Shown here: in pieces, positions 50,180-59,884 of the stretch
How the letters are laid out: each line of letters starts with the position of its first letter
Position numbering within the stretch: the stretch's first letter is position 1
NCBI GenBank assembly: GCA_002422025.1
Contig: DISV01000004.1
Span: forward strand, 102,578 to 166,577
Source: Patescibacteria group bacterium UBA6201
Lineage (GTDB): Bacteria > Patescibacteriota > Minisyncoccia > Phycocordibacterales > UBA918
DNA: 64,000 nucleotides
Reading direction: 5' to 3'
The notes under the pieces: model-generated
What the model saw: only the letters and a program-made list of their open reading frames with translations
The model's database searches: none
Told to the model about the DNA's origin: nothing
Program-made: the position numbers and the translations under genes

Positions 50180-50754
50180 TTGCTGATTGCCTTTAGTACT
50201 TCTTGATAAACCACTTCCTCGTTTTGATCTGCATTAATGGTTACTACCTTGCCTTGGCTTTCAAAAAATTCCAATGAATGAATAGTTTCATCATAGAACG
50301 CTTGTAGGCGTTTCTTAATGTTTTCTTCAGTGTCCGACTGATCACGTTGTCTCTTGCGCATTCGCTCAACCACCACCTCATCTTCAGTATCCAGATGCAA
50401 CACAATATACGGACGGGCCAGCATAATATGCATTTCGTGAAGCTTCTTAGCCTCCTCTGGCTTGCGAGCCACACTTTCAAAGATTAGACCGCTATCTATA
50501 TGCTCTGCCAAAACAGCATTGGCAAACAAGTAACTAGCTAGCCATTCTGGTACCCATCCCGAAATATGAATATCACGGATATGGCGACCAAGCGACGAGT
50601 CTTCTGCGGACAATTCTCGTACACGATCCCCGGTGGAAAAAACTGGGAAGCCTAACGCCTTAGCCAAACGATGAGCCTGAGTACCTTTCCCACAACCGGT
50701 CTTACCTATGAAAATTATGCTCTGGTACGGTGTTTGTAGTTGATTCACCGTCAC
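50176..50754 (-). CDS. Adenylate kinase-family protein (divergent)
   Basis: GKTGCGKGTQ, STGDRVR; DGFPR replaced by ESVAR. Confidence 0.8.
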   Translation of the reverse strand: MTVNQLQTPYQSIIFIGKTGCGKGTQAHRLAKALGFPVFSTGDRVRELSAEDSSLGRHIRDIHISGWVPEWLASYLFANAVLAEHIDSGLIFESVARKPEEAKKLHEMHIMLARPYIVLHLDTEDEVVVERMRKRQRDQSDTEENIKKRLQAFYDETIHSLEFFESQGKVVTINADQNEEVVYQEVLKAISK

Positions 50755-50974
50755 ACATTAGCAGATTTTGGTCCGTCCGTAAAACCACTGACTTGTCCAA
50801 AGGCAAGTCAGGCCGGGTGGTTTTGCTATCTAAGGAATTACCCGCCGGTAATACTGATTTATAAGTTTACTGCCGTAAACATTGATAGTAAACAAAGAAT
50901 GGCGAGCCTCTAGCTCGCCATTCTTTATTCTAAACCTGTGAAATTGGATGCAGTTGTATTGGTACTCCGAAGTC

Positions 50975-51158
50975 AAAACTTCGAAAATTGGAGGAAATCC
51001 GACGGGTTGGAGGAATTTTGGCGACAGAGCGACCAAGAAAATAAGGAGTGTGCAACACGACTATATTTTCTGAAGTACTCCCTGTAGTGCCTTAGACCAA
51101 CTAAGGTGACCGAGACAAAATTCCGAAACCCTAGGATTTACCCGATTTTGGGAGTTTT
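50975..51158 (+). repeat. Rod-like palindrome with extra branched module (copy 7)
   Basis: Outer arms as in copies 3 and 8; inner GCGACC...GAAGTACTCCCTGTAGTG. Confidence 0.8.
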
Positions 51159-52428
51159 AGTATTCGCGCATGGAGACTTGCGCATCAACTCGGCGCAACA
51201 GATCCAACACCACTGACACCACAATCAAGAGCGCAGTACCACCAATAGCGAGAGCTGCAATACCGGTCACCATTTTCATACCAAGTGGTAAGACTGCCAC
51301 TAGACCAAGAAATAGTGCTCCTACTAAGGTGAGACGAGTAATCAGTCCTCCTAGGTATTCAGCAGTCGCTGCACCTGGACGGAGTCCAGGTACGAATGCT
51401 CCACTGCGCTGTAGGTTCTTCGATACAGCATCTGGATCAAAGGTTACAGCTGTGTAGAAGAAAGCAAACATGATAACCAACACGAAGTAGACTAGCGCGT
51501 AAGCAAGCTGATTATTAAAGAAGACTAAAAGTAATTCAGATGCTCTGGCTACTCCGGCAATATTAAAGCTCGAAAGGACGTTAAGAAGCATTTGTGGAAA
51601 GAGCAATATCGACATAGCAAAGATAATTGGTATGACGCCTGCCTGATTGAGACGCAGTGGCAAGTATGAAGATGTGCCACCGTAGGTCGTACCACCTCGG
51701 CTCTGTTTTGCGTAAGTAATTGGTACTGGACGCTCCGCCTCAGTCATCACCACCACCGCATAGATAGTAGCGAGCGCAATCAGACCAAAACCAAGGTAAA
51801 GTGGTAATTGTGCTGGAGTATACCCGAAAGCGAGTTGACTCGCTGTGGCAGGAAGTCCTGCAACGATACCAGCGAAAATGAGGATTGAAACACCATTACC
51901 GATACCGTACTCTGTGACTAATTCACCAATCCACATAAGAAGGACAGAACCAGCAACAATTAAGACAACGTTAGTCAAGAAAGCAAAAGTAGACAATCCA
52001 CTAATCACTCCCTGACTCTGAAGTAGAGTCAGGAAACCATAACCTTGCAGGACACCGAGTGGCAAAGTGAGCAGACGTGCATACTGAGTAAAACGAGCTC
52101 GTCCCGCCTCCCCTTCTTCGGTGTGCATGCTCTTCAGTTTTGGTGACATCACAGTCAACAACTGCATAATGATTGAAGCAGTAATGAAAGGTCCAACACC
52201 GAGCATGATGATGGACAAGTTTGCCAGACCACCACCAGAGAAGATGTTAAGGAGTCCCAAGAATTGATTGTTCGCGAAAAATTGCTGCAATACTACCGCG
52301 TCGACTCCTGGAATAGGAATGGTCGACAGGGCTCTGAATATAAATAGTGCACCGAGTACGAATAGTAGACGGTTACGGATACCTTCATCGGTGAACGCTA
52401 TTTTCAGTTTATGTAGGAATTTATTCAT
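51157..52428 (-). CDS. secY: Preprotein translocase SecY
   Basis: IPIPGVD, LGVGPFITASII, GIGNGVS, AGVIPIIFA, GGTALLIVV. Confidence 0.97.
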   Translation of the reverse strand: MNKFLHKLKIAFTDEGIRNRLLFVLGALFIFRALSTIPIPGVDAVVLQQFFANNQFLGLLNIFSGGGLANLSIIMLGVGPFITASIIMQLLTVMSPKLKSMHTEEGEAGRARFTQYARLLTLPLGVLQGYGFLTLLQSQGVISGLSTFAFLTNVVLIVAGSVLLMWIGELVTEYGIGNGVSILIFAGIVAGLPATASQLAFGYTPAQLPLYLGFGLIALATIYAVVVMTEAERPVPITYAKQSRGGTTYGGTSSYLPLRLNQAGVIPIIFAMSILLFPQMLLNVLSSFNIAGVARASELLLVFFNNQLAYALVYFVLVIMFAFFYTAVTFDPDAVSKNLQRSGAFVPGLRPGAATAEYLGGLITRLTLVGALFLGLVAVLPLGMKMVTGIAALAIGGTALLIVVSVVLDLLRRVDAQVSMREY

Positions 52429-52526
52429 AGAATCAAGTATAAAGTTAAAAGTGGAAAGTGGAAAGCTGGCTCTTAACCCCAAGGTGGTGGTTTGTCGCCC
52501 TGTAGCTAGCCTTAGACTTTCAGCTT

Positions 52527-52976
52527 TTAACTAATAGCACCTCCCGCTTTCTCGATCTTGGCTTTAGCAGATGCTGAAACCTGACAATCGGTAAAAGTAA
52601 ACTTCTTGGTTAACTCTCCAGTCCCAAGGATTTTCACCAGTGGAGCACGTTTACGTACTGAGGAAATAACTCCAGAAGCTACCAAAGTCTTAGGGCTAAT
52701 AGTTGCTCCCGCTTCGAAAGCTTGCTCAAGTGCGGAAAGGTTAACCACTACCGGAAGTACGCGCTCAGCATTAACAGCCACTGCACGGTTAACACCGTGT
52801 CCACGAAGCTTAGGAAGCTTCTTGATCTGCTCACGCATTTCTGGACGAGTAGAGTTACCCGATCGAGCGGTCTGACCCTTATGTCCGCGACCGGACATCT
52901 TGCCACGCTTACCTCCACGGCCGATACGGCGTGCGGTCTTTTTAGGTGACGTTGGTTTTAATGAATGTAACTGCAT
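52527..52976 (-). CDS. rplO: 50S ribosomal protein L15
   Basis: RIGRGG, GRGHKGQ, KIEKAGG. Confidence 0.95.
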   Translation of the reverse strand: MQLHSLKPTSPKKTARRIGRGGKRGKMSGRGHKGQTARSGNSTRPEMREQIKKLPKLRGHGVNRAVAVNAERVLPVVVNLSALEQAFEAGATISPKTLVASGVISSVRKRAPLVKILGTGELTKKFTFTDCQVSASAKAKIEKAGGAIS

Positions 52977-53040
52977 GATATTAATTTAGAGTTTAAAGTG
53001 AAAAGTTATAAAGTAGTTGATTGCTTCCAACTTTATAAAC

Positions 53041-53715
53041 TTAGGCCTTTAACTGTTTTAGTGCCTCGACAGTGGCGCGGGCGTTGTTAAGTTTGTTCTT
53101 AGTTCGTGAAAGCAGTTTAGCAGTAACGTCCTTAACTCCAGCCAATTCGAGGACGGTGCGTGCAGAACTACCAGCTACTAGACCACGACCAGGAGCTGGC
53201 ATTATCATCACACGACTAGAGGATAGCTTCTTTTCAACATCGTGAGCGATATGGCTGTGCTCATTCATAGGTACAGTAATCATGTGCTTGCGAGCATCTC
53301 GTACGGCCTTTTCAATAGCTAGCTGAGTGTCTCCAGCCTTGCCGATACCTACTCCCACGCGGCCTTTCTTGTCTCCGATTACCATAGAAACTGAGAAAGA
53401 GAAACGACGTCCTCCACCCATAACACGAGTTACGCGACGGATAGAAATGATTTTTTGTTCAAACTCAGGTCGAGCACGTTCGCCACGACCACCAGCACCT
53501 CGACGTGGTCGACGTGGGTTACGGCGGTCATTAGACTCTCCTCCTCTGCCACCAGCACGGCCATGTCCACGGGGTCCGCCAAAGCGGGTGGCTGGCTCAG
53601 TTCCTGAAGTAGCATCAGCAGGTGCATCGGTAGTAGCAGTATTTGCCACTTGGTTTGGCGCCCCCTCTGTAGTTACAGTAGAGTCAGCGACAATTTTAGC
53701 TTCCTGTTTTTCCAT
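53041..53715 (-). CDS. rpsE: 30S ribosomal protein S5
   Basis: RRVTRVMGGGRRFSF. Confidence 0.96.
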   Translation of the reverse strand: MEKQEAKIVADSTVTTEGAPNQVANTATTDAPADATSGTEPATRFGGPRGHGRAGGRGGESNDRRNPRRPRRGAGGRGERARPEFEQKIISIRRVTRVMGGGRRFSFSVSMVIGDKKGRVGVGIGKAGDTQLAIEKAVRDARKHMITVPMNEHSHIAHDVEKKLSSSRVMIMPAPGRGLVAGSSARTVLELAGVKDVTAKLLSRTKNKLNNARATVEALKQLKA

Positions 53716-53736
53716 AAAATAAATTTGTAGTTGTTA

Positions 53737-54090
53737 CTAGAATTTTAATCCTCCTTCGCGAGCAGCATCAGCCAAAATGGCAATAGCTCCCTGATAACGG
53801 AATCCTCCGCGGTCAAAGACCACCTTCTCAATCCCTTTACCAGTAGCGATTTTCGCGAGCTCAGTGCCGAGAGCGTTTGCTCGTTCCAATAAGTTCTTTC
53901 CTTTCTGCTTTCTGGTATCAAGAGCAGCAACAGTAACGCCGGCACTATCATCAATAAGCTGGGCATAAAGGCCGGTATTACTTTTGAAGACGGCCAAGCG
54001 AGGCTTCTCGCTGGTACCAATGACTCGTGCACGAATACGATTGTGTCGTGATACGCGGCGAGCTGTCTTTAGTTGTGTTTTAGTTTTCAT
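53737..54090 (-). CDS. rplR: 50S ribosomal protein L18
   Basis: PRLAVFKSN, VVFDRGG, AREGGLKF. Confidence 0.96.
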   Translation of the reverse strand: MKTKTQLKTARRVSRHNRIRARVIGTSEKPRLAVFKSNTGLYAQLIDDSAGVTVAALDTRKQKGKNLLERANALGTELAKIATGKGIEKVVFDRGGFRYQGAIAILADAAREGGLKF

Positions 54091-54100
54091 ACACCTTGTT

Positions 54101-54232
54101 ATTTAAACTTAGGAAATTGGATGAAATCCGACGGGCTGGAGAAGATTTTGTGACCAAGGCGTAGATAGACCTACGACGCGGAAACAAAATCTTTGAAGCC
54201 CTAGGATTTCGCCGATTTCATATTGTTTAAAC
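54101..54232 (+). repeat. Rod-like intergenic palindrome (copy 8)
   Basis: AAATTGG-ATG-AAATCC-GAC-GGGCT-GGAG...TGA-AGCCC-TA-GGATTT-CG-CCGATTT. Confidence 0.85.
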
Positions 54233-54760
54233 GGCTTTCTTACCTTGCTTACGAATAATATATTCACCCTGATAGCGAATACCCTTGCCCTTATAAGGCT
54301 CTGGCTTTTTCACCTTGCGCACGTCAGCCGCAAATTGACCAACGATCTCCTTATCGACTCCTGTTACTGTTACAACACCCTTCTCTACCACTACAGTGAC
54401 TCCTTCTGGAATCACCATCTCCACTGGGTGCGAGAAACCCATAAGAAGTACGAGTGTGTTTCCTTTAACTTCAGCACGATAGCCAACTCCTTCAATTTCC
54501 AATATTTTTTTGAATCCGTCAGTAACTCCGGTCACCATGTTTCGAGCATGCGCTGCGTAAGTACCCCAAAGGGCACGAGCCGCAATACTACCTTCCTTTG
54601 GAGAGAAGGTGATAGTGTTTCCTTCCATCTTAAGTTCAACATCATCCTTAATCGGACGTGACAAAGAAGTGTTTCCCTTTTTCACAGTCAAGATACCACC
54701 TTCAAAAGTAGCTTCGACGCCAACAGGCAATATTACTGGTTGTTTTCCTAAACGACTCAT
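54227..54760 (-). CDS. rplF: 50S ribosomal protein L6
   Basis: MSRLGKQP, GVGYRA, PEPYKGKGI. Confidence 0.97.
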   Translation of the reverse strand: MSRLGKQPVILPVGVEATFEGGILTVKKGNTSLSRPIKDDVELKMEGNTITFSPKEGSIAARALWGTYAAHARNMVTGVTDGFKKILEIEGVGYRAEVKGNTLVLLMGFSHPVEMVIPEGVTVVVEKGVVTVTGVDKEIVGQFAADVRKVKKPEPYKGKGIRYQGEYIIRKQGKKAV

Positions 54761-54762
54761 AA

Positions 54763-55149
54763 TTACCAAATCTTAAACAACTGTTCGCCTCCGACCTTTG
54801 CCTCCCTGGCCTCACTGTCAGTGAGGATACCCTTTGGGGTAGATAGGAAAAGGTGGCCTTTGCCGAACTTGACCGGATAAATTTCTTCGACCTTAGCGTA
54901 CAGACGGCGTCCTGGTTTGGACACACGCTTTACATCACTGATGACATGCTTATCGCCGTCATACTTGAGAGTTACCTCAAGAGTTTTCTTTACGTCCTTA
55001 CCTTTTGTTTCTACTGCTACTACGTAGCCAACAGCGGCTAGCTTCATAGCAATAGCCTCCTTTAATTTTGAGTGCGGGACAGACACTACCTGGTGTCCGA
55101 CCGCTCCGGCATTCTTAAGCCGGATGATGAAATCTCCAATGTTATCCAT
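54763..55149 (-). CDS. rpsH: 30S ribosomal protein S8
   Basis: RVSKPGRRLY, STPKG, VGGE. Confidence 0.96.
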   Translation of the reverse strand: MDNIGDFIIRLKNAGAVGHQVVSVPHSKLKEAIAMKLAAVGYVVAVETKGKDVKKTLEVTLKYDGDKHVISDVKRVSKPGRRLYAKVEEIYPVKFGKGHLFLSTPKGILTDSEAREAKVGGEQLFKIW

Positions 55150-55162
55150 ATATGCTTAAGAA

Positions 55163-55348
55163 TTACCAAGAGCTCTTTTTAACTCCTGGGATAAGTCCCT
55201 CGTGTGCGTGCTCGCGGAAACAAATACGACAAAGATCGAAATCTCGCATATATCCATGCTTACGACCACACTGAACACAACGGCGGACAACCCGACTCTT
55301 GTACTTTGGGGTACGCGTAGCGCGTACTTTTACTGATGTTCGAGCCAT
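55163..55348 (-). CDS. rpsN: 30S ribosomal protein S14, zinc-binding type
   Basis: RCVQCGR...LCRICFRE...PGVKKSSW. Confidence 0.96.
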   Translation of the reverse strand: MARTSVKVRATRTPKYKSRVVRRCVQCGRKHGYMRDFDLCRICFREHAHEGLIPGVKKSSW

Positions 55349-55573
55349 TTATTTTTTAGGGTTTAGGGACCAGGGTTTAGGGACCAGGGAACATGTCGGT
55401 AAAACCAACATACAGAACCCAATCCCTTCAGCCTCAATCCCCTTCTTTTCGAGCAGTATCAGCTAGATGTGCTGACTTACATCGACTATTAATCTTCTAT
55501 GGAAGGCCGCCCTGCTGGGCATCTATCGGCAACCCATATCGCTCGCTACATTACCAGAATTTGGATAAAAATC

Positions 55574-55610
55574 AAGCCCCGCGCCAGAGGTGACGCGGGG
55601 CTTTTCTTTT
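55574..55610 (-). terminator. Intrinsic terminator-like hairpin between rplE and rpsN
   Basis: aagccccgcg...cgcggggctt GC stem. Confidence 0.55.
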
Positions 55611-55619
55611 TGTAAAAAA

Positions 55620-56168
55620 CTACACTGCTACTTCTTCTTTTTGCAACGGCAAGCCAATATGTCGCAAGAAGGCCTCAGCTTCTGCCTTAGTCTTTGCGGT
55701 AGTAACAATAGTGATAGCAAGCGAAAAAACGTCGCGGATATCTTCGTCAGCAGTCTCAGGGAAAATAGTGTGCTCCTTGATACCGAGAGTGATGTTTCCC
55801 ATATCGTCGATTGCGGTGGTCTTAAGACCACGGAAGTCACGAGTCTGTGGAAGAGCGATATGGATGAGCTTGTCTAGGAAATGATGCATTCTCTCCCCTC
55901 GTAAAGTCACCTGGTAACCAATGATGTCACCCTGACGAAGTTTGAAAGAAGCAATAGATTGCTTAGCTGGACGAGGAGATGGCTTCTGACCAGTGATTTG
56001 TGACAGACGATTGAAGATGGCTTCTTTTTTAGCCTTGTCTTCTACTTTTCCAATACCAACTGATACCACCACTTTATCGAGTCGTGGAGCCTGCATTATA
56101 TTGGTATATCCAAGACTAGACTTCAAAGTCTCAAATGCACTGCCTAGATTTTCTTTTAGAGTTTTCAT
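55620..56168 (-). CDS. rplE: 50S ribosomal protein L5
   Basis: ITGQKP, VTLRG, RDFRG. Confidence 0.96.
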   Translation of the reverse strand: MKTLKENLGSAFETLKSSLGYTNIMQAPRLDKVVVSVGIGKVEDKAKKEAIFNRLSQITGQKPSPRPAKQSIASFKLRQGDIIGYQVTLRGERMHHFLDKLIHIALPQTRDFRGLKTTAIDDMGNITLGIKEHTIFPETADEDIRDVFSLAITIVTTAKTKAEAEAFLRHIGLPLQKEEVAV

Positions 56169-56187
56169 ATGCTTAATAATTGAAAGA

Positions 56188-56493
56188 TTAGATCTCCTTA
56201 CCGGTCTTCTTACTTACACGAACCTTCTTATCACCCTCAGTCTTGTAGCCAACTCGGACTGGCTTTTTGCCATCCACTAGAGCGACATTAGAGATATGTA
56301 CCGGTGCCGCCTTCTTGATTACCTGCCCCTGAGAACGGACACGCTTATTCTTCTGGTGACGAGTAATAACATTAACCTCCTCAACCAAAACCTGCTCAGT
56401 CTTTGGAAAAACTTTTTCCACTTTGCCAGACTTACCTTTATCCTTACCAGCGATAATTATGACGTTGTCTCCTTTCTTAATTTTCATAGACAT
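56188..56493 (-). CDS. rplX: 50S ribosomal protein L24
   Basis: KIKKGDNVIIIAGKDKGK, HISNV. Confidence 0.96.
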   Translation of the reverse strand: MSMKIKKGDNVIIIAGKDKGKSGKVEKVFPKTEQVLVEEVNVITRHQKNKRVRSQGQVIKKAAPVHISNVALVDGKKPVRVGYKTEGDKKVRVSKKTGKEI

Positions 56494-56497
56494 AGGC

Positions 56498-56869
56498 TTA
56501 AACAACTTCAGGGGCTAATGAAACAATCTTCTGATACCCAGCCTCAGAAAGTTCACGAGGGACTGGACCGAACACACGGTTTGCCTTTGGTTCTTTCTTT
56601 TCCTTATCAACCAATACTACGGCGTTATCGTCGAAACTTACGTAAGAACCGTCTGTACGTCGGAATGGCTTCTTCTGGCGTACCACTACTCCGTAAACAA
56701 CATCCTTCTTTTTTACTTGCTTGCGAGGTTCAGCAGTCTGAACAGAAAGCACCACCATCTCGCCGAGTTCAGCGTAGCGCTTCTTGGAACCACCAAGTAC
56801 TTTGAAAACACGACCGATCTTACCGCCGGAGTTGTCTGTGATTTTAACTATGGTTTGTGGTTGAATCAT
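56498..56869 (-). CDS. rplN: 50S ribosomal protein L14
   Basis: DNSGG, FDDNAVV, SLAPEV. Confidence 0.97.
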   Translation of the reverse strand: MIQPQTIVKITDNSGGKIGRVFKVLGGSKKRYAELGEMVVLSVQTAEPRKQVKKKDVVYGVVVRQKKPFRRTDGSYVSFDDNAVVLVDKEKKEPKANRVFGPVPRELSEAGYQKIVSLAPEVV

Positions 56870-56875
56870 AAGCGT

Positions 56876-57133
56876 TTATTTAGTTAGGAGCGCAAAGCGC
56901 TTGCGCTTACTGATTGGACGAGTCTCAATGATGGATACCTTAGTTCCAACTGGGGCGGTGTTGCCAACATCGTGAACCAAATACTTCTTGGTCTGACGGA
57001 TGAACTTCTTGTACTTAGGGTGCTTTACATAGCGCTCCACAGCCACAGTACAAGTGTCCTGCATCAACGACGCTACCACAGTGCCCTCAAACACTCGGCC
57101 GTTGCTGTTTTCTGTTTTAATTTCTTTTGCCAT
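56876..57133 (-). CDS. rpsQ: 30S ribosomal protein S17
   Basis: HPKYKK, ETRPISKRK. Confidence 0.96.
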   Translation of the reverse strand: MAKEIKTENSNGRVFEGTVVASLMQDTCTVAVERYVKHPKYKKFIRQTKKYLVHDVGNTAPVGTKVSIIETRPISKRKRFALLTK

Positions 57134-57144
57134 ATAAATGAGTT

Positions 57145-57354
57145 TTATTCGGACTTAGTCTTAGGAGATTCACCACTGGTGCGGGTCTTTAATTCAGTGA
57201 GCGAACGAGCAATGTCCTTTCTCGCTTCACGCATTACTCCCACGTCCTTACCACCAGTACCGAAACGGAAATTACGTAGAATCTCGCGCTTATCCTTTAC
57301 CAAAGAAGCGAGTTCTGTGTCCTTCATCTTTTTTATTTCATTCATCTTAGTCAT
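57145..57354 (-). CDS. rpmC: 50S ribosomal protein L29
   Basis: RKDIARSLT; synteny. Confidence 0.9.
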   Translation of the reverse strand: MTKMNEIKKMKDTELASLVKDKREILRNFRFGTGGKDVGVMREARKDIARSLTELKTRTSGESPKTKSE

Positions 57355-57369
57355 ATAAATTTATGAAGA

Positions 57370-57798
57370 TTACTCACCCTCGCGGGCTACGACACGACCC
57401 TTAAGTGGAAGCTTGGCAGTAGCCTTACGTAGTGCCTCTCTAGCCACTACTTCACTGACACCATCTACCTCAAATAAAACTCGACCAGGCCCAACCTCGA
57501 ACACGAAGTGATCTGGATCGCCCTTACCCTTACCCATCGGAGTTTCTGCAGCCTTCTTAGTGATTGGACGGTCTGGGAAAATACGAATCCAAACACGACC
57601 AGTCTTGCCAAGAGTACGAGAAATCACACGACGAGCAGCCTCGATTTGATTGCTCTTCACACGAGCGGGCGTTGTGGCCTTGAGTCCGTATGAACCAAAG
57701 GCAACAGTAATACCGCGAGTCTCTGGGCGCGCCAGTTTAGCCTCGCTCTTGCGATCCACCTGCCACTTACGATGTTTTACTTTTTTAGGAAACAACAT
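57370..57798 (-). CDS. rplP: 50S ribosomal protein L16
   Basis: QIEAARR, WIRIFPD, MGKGKG. Confidence 0.97.
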   Translation of the reverse strand: MLFPKKVKHRKWQVDRKSEAKLARPETRGITVAFGSYGLKATTPARVKSNQIEAARRVISRTLGKTGRVWIRIFPDRPITKKAAETPMGKGKGDPDHFVFEVGPGRVLFEVDGVSEVVAREALRKATAKLPLKGRVVAREGE

Positions 57799-57804
57799 AC
57801 TTAA

Positions 57805-58533
57805 TTATGAGTTACGAGGGGCGCGAGCTGGGGCCTTAGACTCTTCACGAGCCGGAGTGTCAATAGCCGCACGACGGTCAGTGAAAATGTCACCGCGGTA
57901 AATCCACACCTTAATACCAATAACTCCGTAAGGAAGATTGGCGCGTACACGAGCAAAGTCAATGTCAGCGCGCAAAGTCTGAAGCGGGATACGTCCCTTC
58001 TTAAGCTCTTCAACGCGGGACATGTCAGCTCCACCAAGGCGACCAGACATCATAATACGTACACCCTGCACGTCACGGTTGGCCATTACCTTTTCAATAG
58101 TCTGCTTGAGAACACGACGGAACTGCATACGCTTTTCTAGACCCTCTGCTACCATCTGTCCAACTAACTGTGCTGACACTTCTGGAGAACGGATCTCTTC
58201 AATATCAAGATTTATTTCAGGCTTTTCAGTCAATTTTAGAGTACGAAGCAAGAGGTCAATCTCTTTCTTTAGCTTCACTGCCCCTTCGCCACTTCGTCCG
58301 ATTACAAGACCAGGACGGGCGCTCTTTACAATAATGCGAATCGCTTTCTCATCACGCTCAATCTCCACAACGTCAACAGACATACCCTTCAACTTCTTGA
58401 AAAGGAGCTTACGGATAGCTGCGTCGGTACGCAAGTATTCTCGGAAACGCTTAGGATCAGTAGTGAACCAACGACTACGCCAGTCACGGTTGATACCAAT
58501 GCGTTGTATAAATGGATGAGCTACGTGAGTCAT
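57805..58533 (-). CDS. rpsC: 30S ribosomal protein S3
   Basis: RPGLVIGR, GRLGGA, PLQTLRADID. Confidence 0.97.
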   Translation of the reverse strand: MTHVAHPFIQRIGINRDWRSRWFTTDPKRFREYLRTDAAIRKLLFKKLKGMSVDVVEIERDEKAIRIIVKSARPGLVIGRSGEGAVKLKKEIDLLLRTLKLTEKPEINLDIEEIRSPEVSAQLVGQMVAEGLEKRMQFRRVLKQTIEKVMANRDVQGVRIMMSGRLGGADMSRVEELKKGRIPLQTLRADIDFARVRANLPYGVIGIKVWIYRGDIFTDRRAAIDTPAREESKAPARAPRNS

Positions 58534-58534
58534 A

Positions 58535-58852
58535 TTATTTTAATTCGACGGTTATGTGGCTAGAACGACGATTGATTGGGGACGCAGAACCACGAGCACG
58601 AGGCATAAAACGGGTCATAACTGTTCCCTTGTCTACCGCAACCTTGGCAATCTTCAAATTCTCAGCCGTACGACCAGTGCTCTTGGCATTAGCTACAGCA
58701 GAATTGATTACCTTAATGAAAGGCCCTGAAGCTTTCTTGTCCACGAAGGCCAAGTGCTTAAGCGCGTCATTAACCTTCTTGCCACGTACGAGGTCAGCGA
58801 GCAGGCGCACTTTGCGTGGTGATTGGCGGTAATTTTTAAGGATTGCTTTCAT
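58535..58852 (-). CDS. rplV: 50S ribosomal protein L22
   Basis: SPRKVRL, PRARG, SHITV. Confidence 0.96.
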   Translation of the reverse strand: MKAILKNYRQSPRKVRLLADLVRGKKVNDALKHLAFVDKKASGPFIKVINSAVANAKSTGRTAENLKIAKVAVDKGTVMTRFMPRARGSASPINRRSSHITVELK

Positions 58853-58858
58853 ATAAAA

Positions 58859-59197
58859 CTATTTCTTAGCGTCAGGTGACTTAGCGGCCTTAGCAGAAGC
58901 AATTTCTGCCTCCTTCTTCTTAGTATCTAGCTCCTTCTGCATTTTACCTCCATGACGAAGGAATTTGGTGGTCGGAGAAAACTCACCGAGACAGTGGCCT
59001 ACCATTTCCTCAGAGACCATTACTTCGATGTGACTCTTGCCGTTGTGCACACCAAAAGTGAAGCCCACCATTTCTGGTGAAATCGTCGCATCGCGAGACC
59101 AGGTCTTAATGACGCCGGCTTGGTCTGGCTTCTTTCCGGCAATCTTCTTCAGAAGACGCTCGTCTAGATATGGACCCTTATATAGTGATCGTGACAT
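58859..59197 (-). CDS. rpsS: 30S ribosomal protein S19
   Basis: RSLYKGP, KTWSR, VHNGK, LGEFSPT. Confidence 0.96.
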   Translation of the reverse strand: MSRSLYKGPYLDERLLKKIAGKKPDQAGVIKTWSRDATISPEMVGFTFGVHNGKSHIEVMVSEEMVGHCLGEFSPTTKFLRHGGKMQKELDTKKKEAEIASAKAAKSPDAKK

Positions 59198-59237
59198 ATA
59201 GATAAAACGCTAAGGCTGGTCTGAAATAAGGAAGTTT

Positions 59238-59347
59238 GTTTAAAATCAATGAGATGCAAGGCGGATGAGGAAAATAATGCGAGGTGAACTTAACGTTCAG
59301 AGAGCTTTATTTTCCGAAATCCAACGCAGCAGATCGTGATTTTAAAC
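59238..59347 (+). repeat. Rod-like intergenic palindrome (copy 9, divergent)
   Basis: GGAAAATAA...TGAAC/GTTCA...TTATTTTCC-GAA nested arms, as in copies 1 and 4. Confidence 0.7.
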
Positions 59348-59478
59348 TGACTTCTAAGTCAGAAGCCCGTGTGGAAGAAGGTAACGGCCTACCCCACACG
59401 AGTTCCCGACAAGTAGTGATGAACCTGTGCCGACCCGCCCTGCCAGGGGCTTTCGGGCATCAGTTCGGAACGGGGGCT

Positions 59479-59507
59479 ATAGTACGGGATTGTGTATAAA
59501 AAGTCAA
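59479..59507 (-). promoter_or_regulatory. Internal promoter for rpsS onward, TTGACT-N17-TACTAT
   Basis: Near-consensus sigma70 hexamers with 17 nt spacing. Confidence 0.6.
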
Positions 59508-59596
59508 CAACCTACTAACCAACGGCCTACAACTTTTCGATTGCCAGCATGATATCTTTATAACAGACAGAATAGATGCCAACAGAGGAGCGAAAA

Positions 59597-59818
59597 ATGG
59601 CACCAAAAACAAAACGTCTGAGCTTGGACAAAAAGTGTAAGATTACCCAACAACTGAGCGCACCCAGAAGCAGTGTCAGACAACTGGCCGATTGGCATCG
59701 TCGCGACGGTGAAGGTCCCGTTCCTGAAGTGGTAAAAAAGGCGGTGGAACGATACCGCACGATTTCACCTGAAATCAGGACAAAAGGCAGGCTCATAATC
59801 AGCCGACATAAAGACTAG
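59597..59818 (+). CDS. Orphan basic protein inserted in opposite orientation between rplB and rpsS
   Basis: GAGGAG SD, shared terminator at 59841-59869. Confidence 0.5.
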   Translation: MAPKTKRLSLDKKCKITQQLSAPRSSVRQLADWHRRDGEGPVPEVVKKAVERYRTISPEIRTKGRLIISRHKD

Positions 59819-59884
59819 CCAGTAGATTGGCCCACAACGCAAAGCGCCGGACAATTTGTCCGGCGCTTTATACGTTGTATTTAC

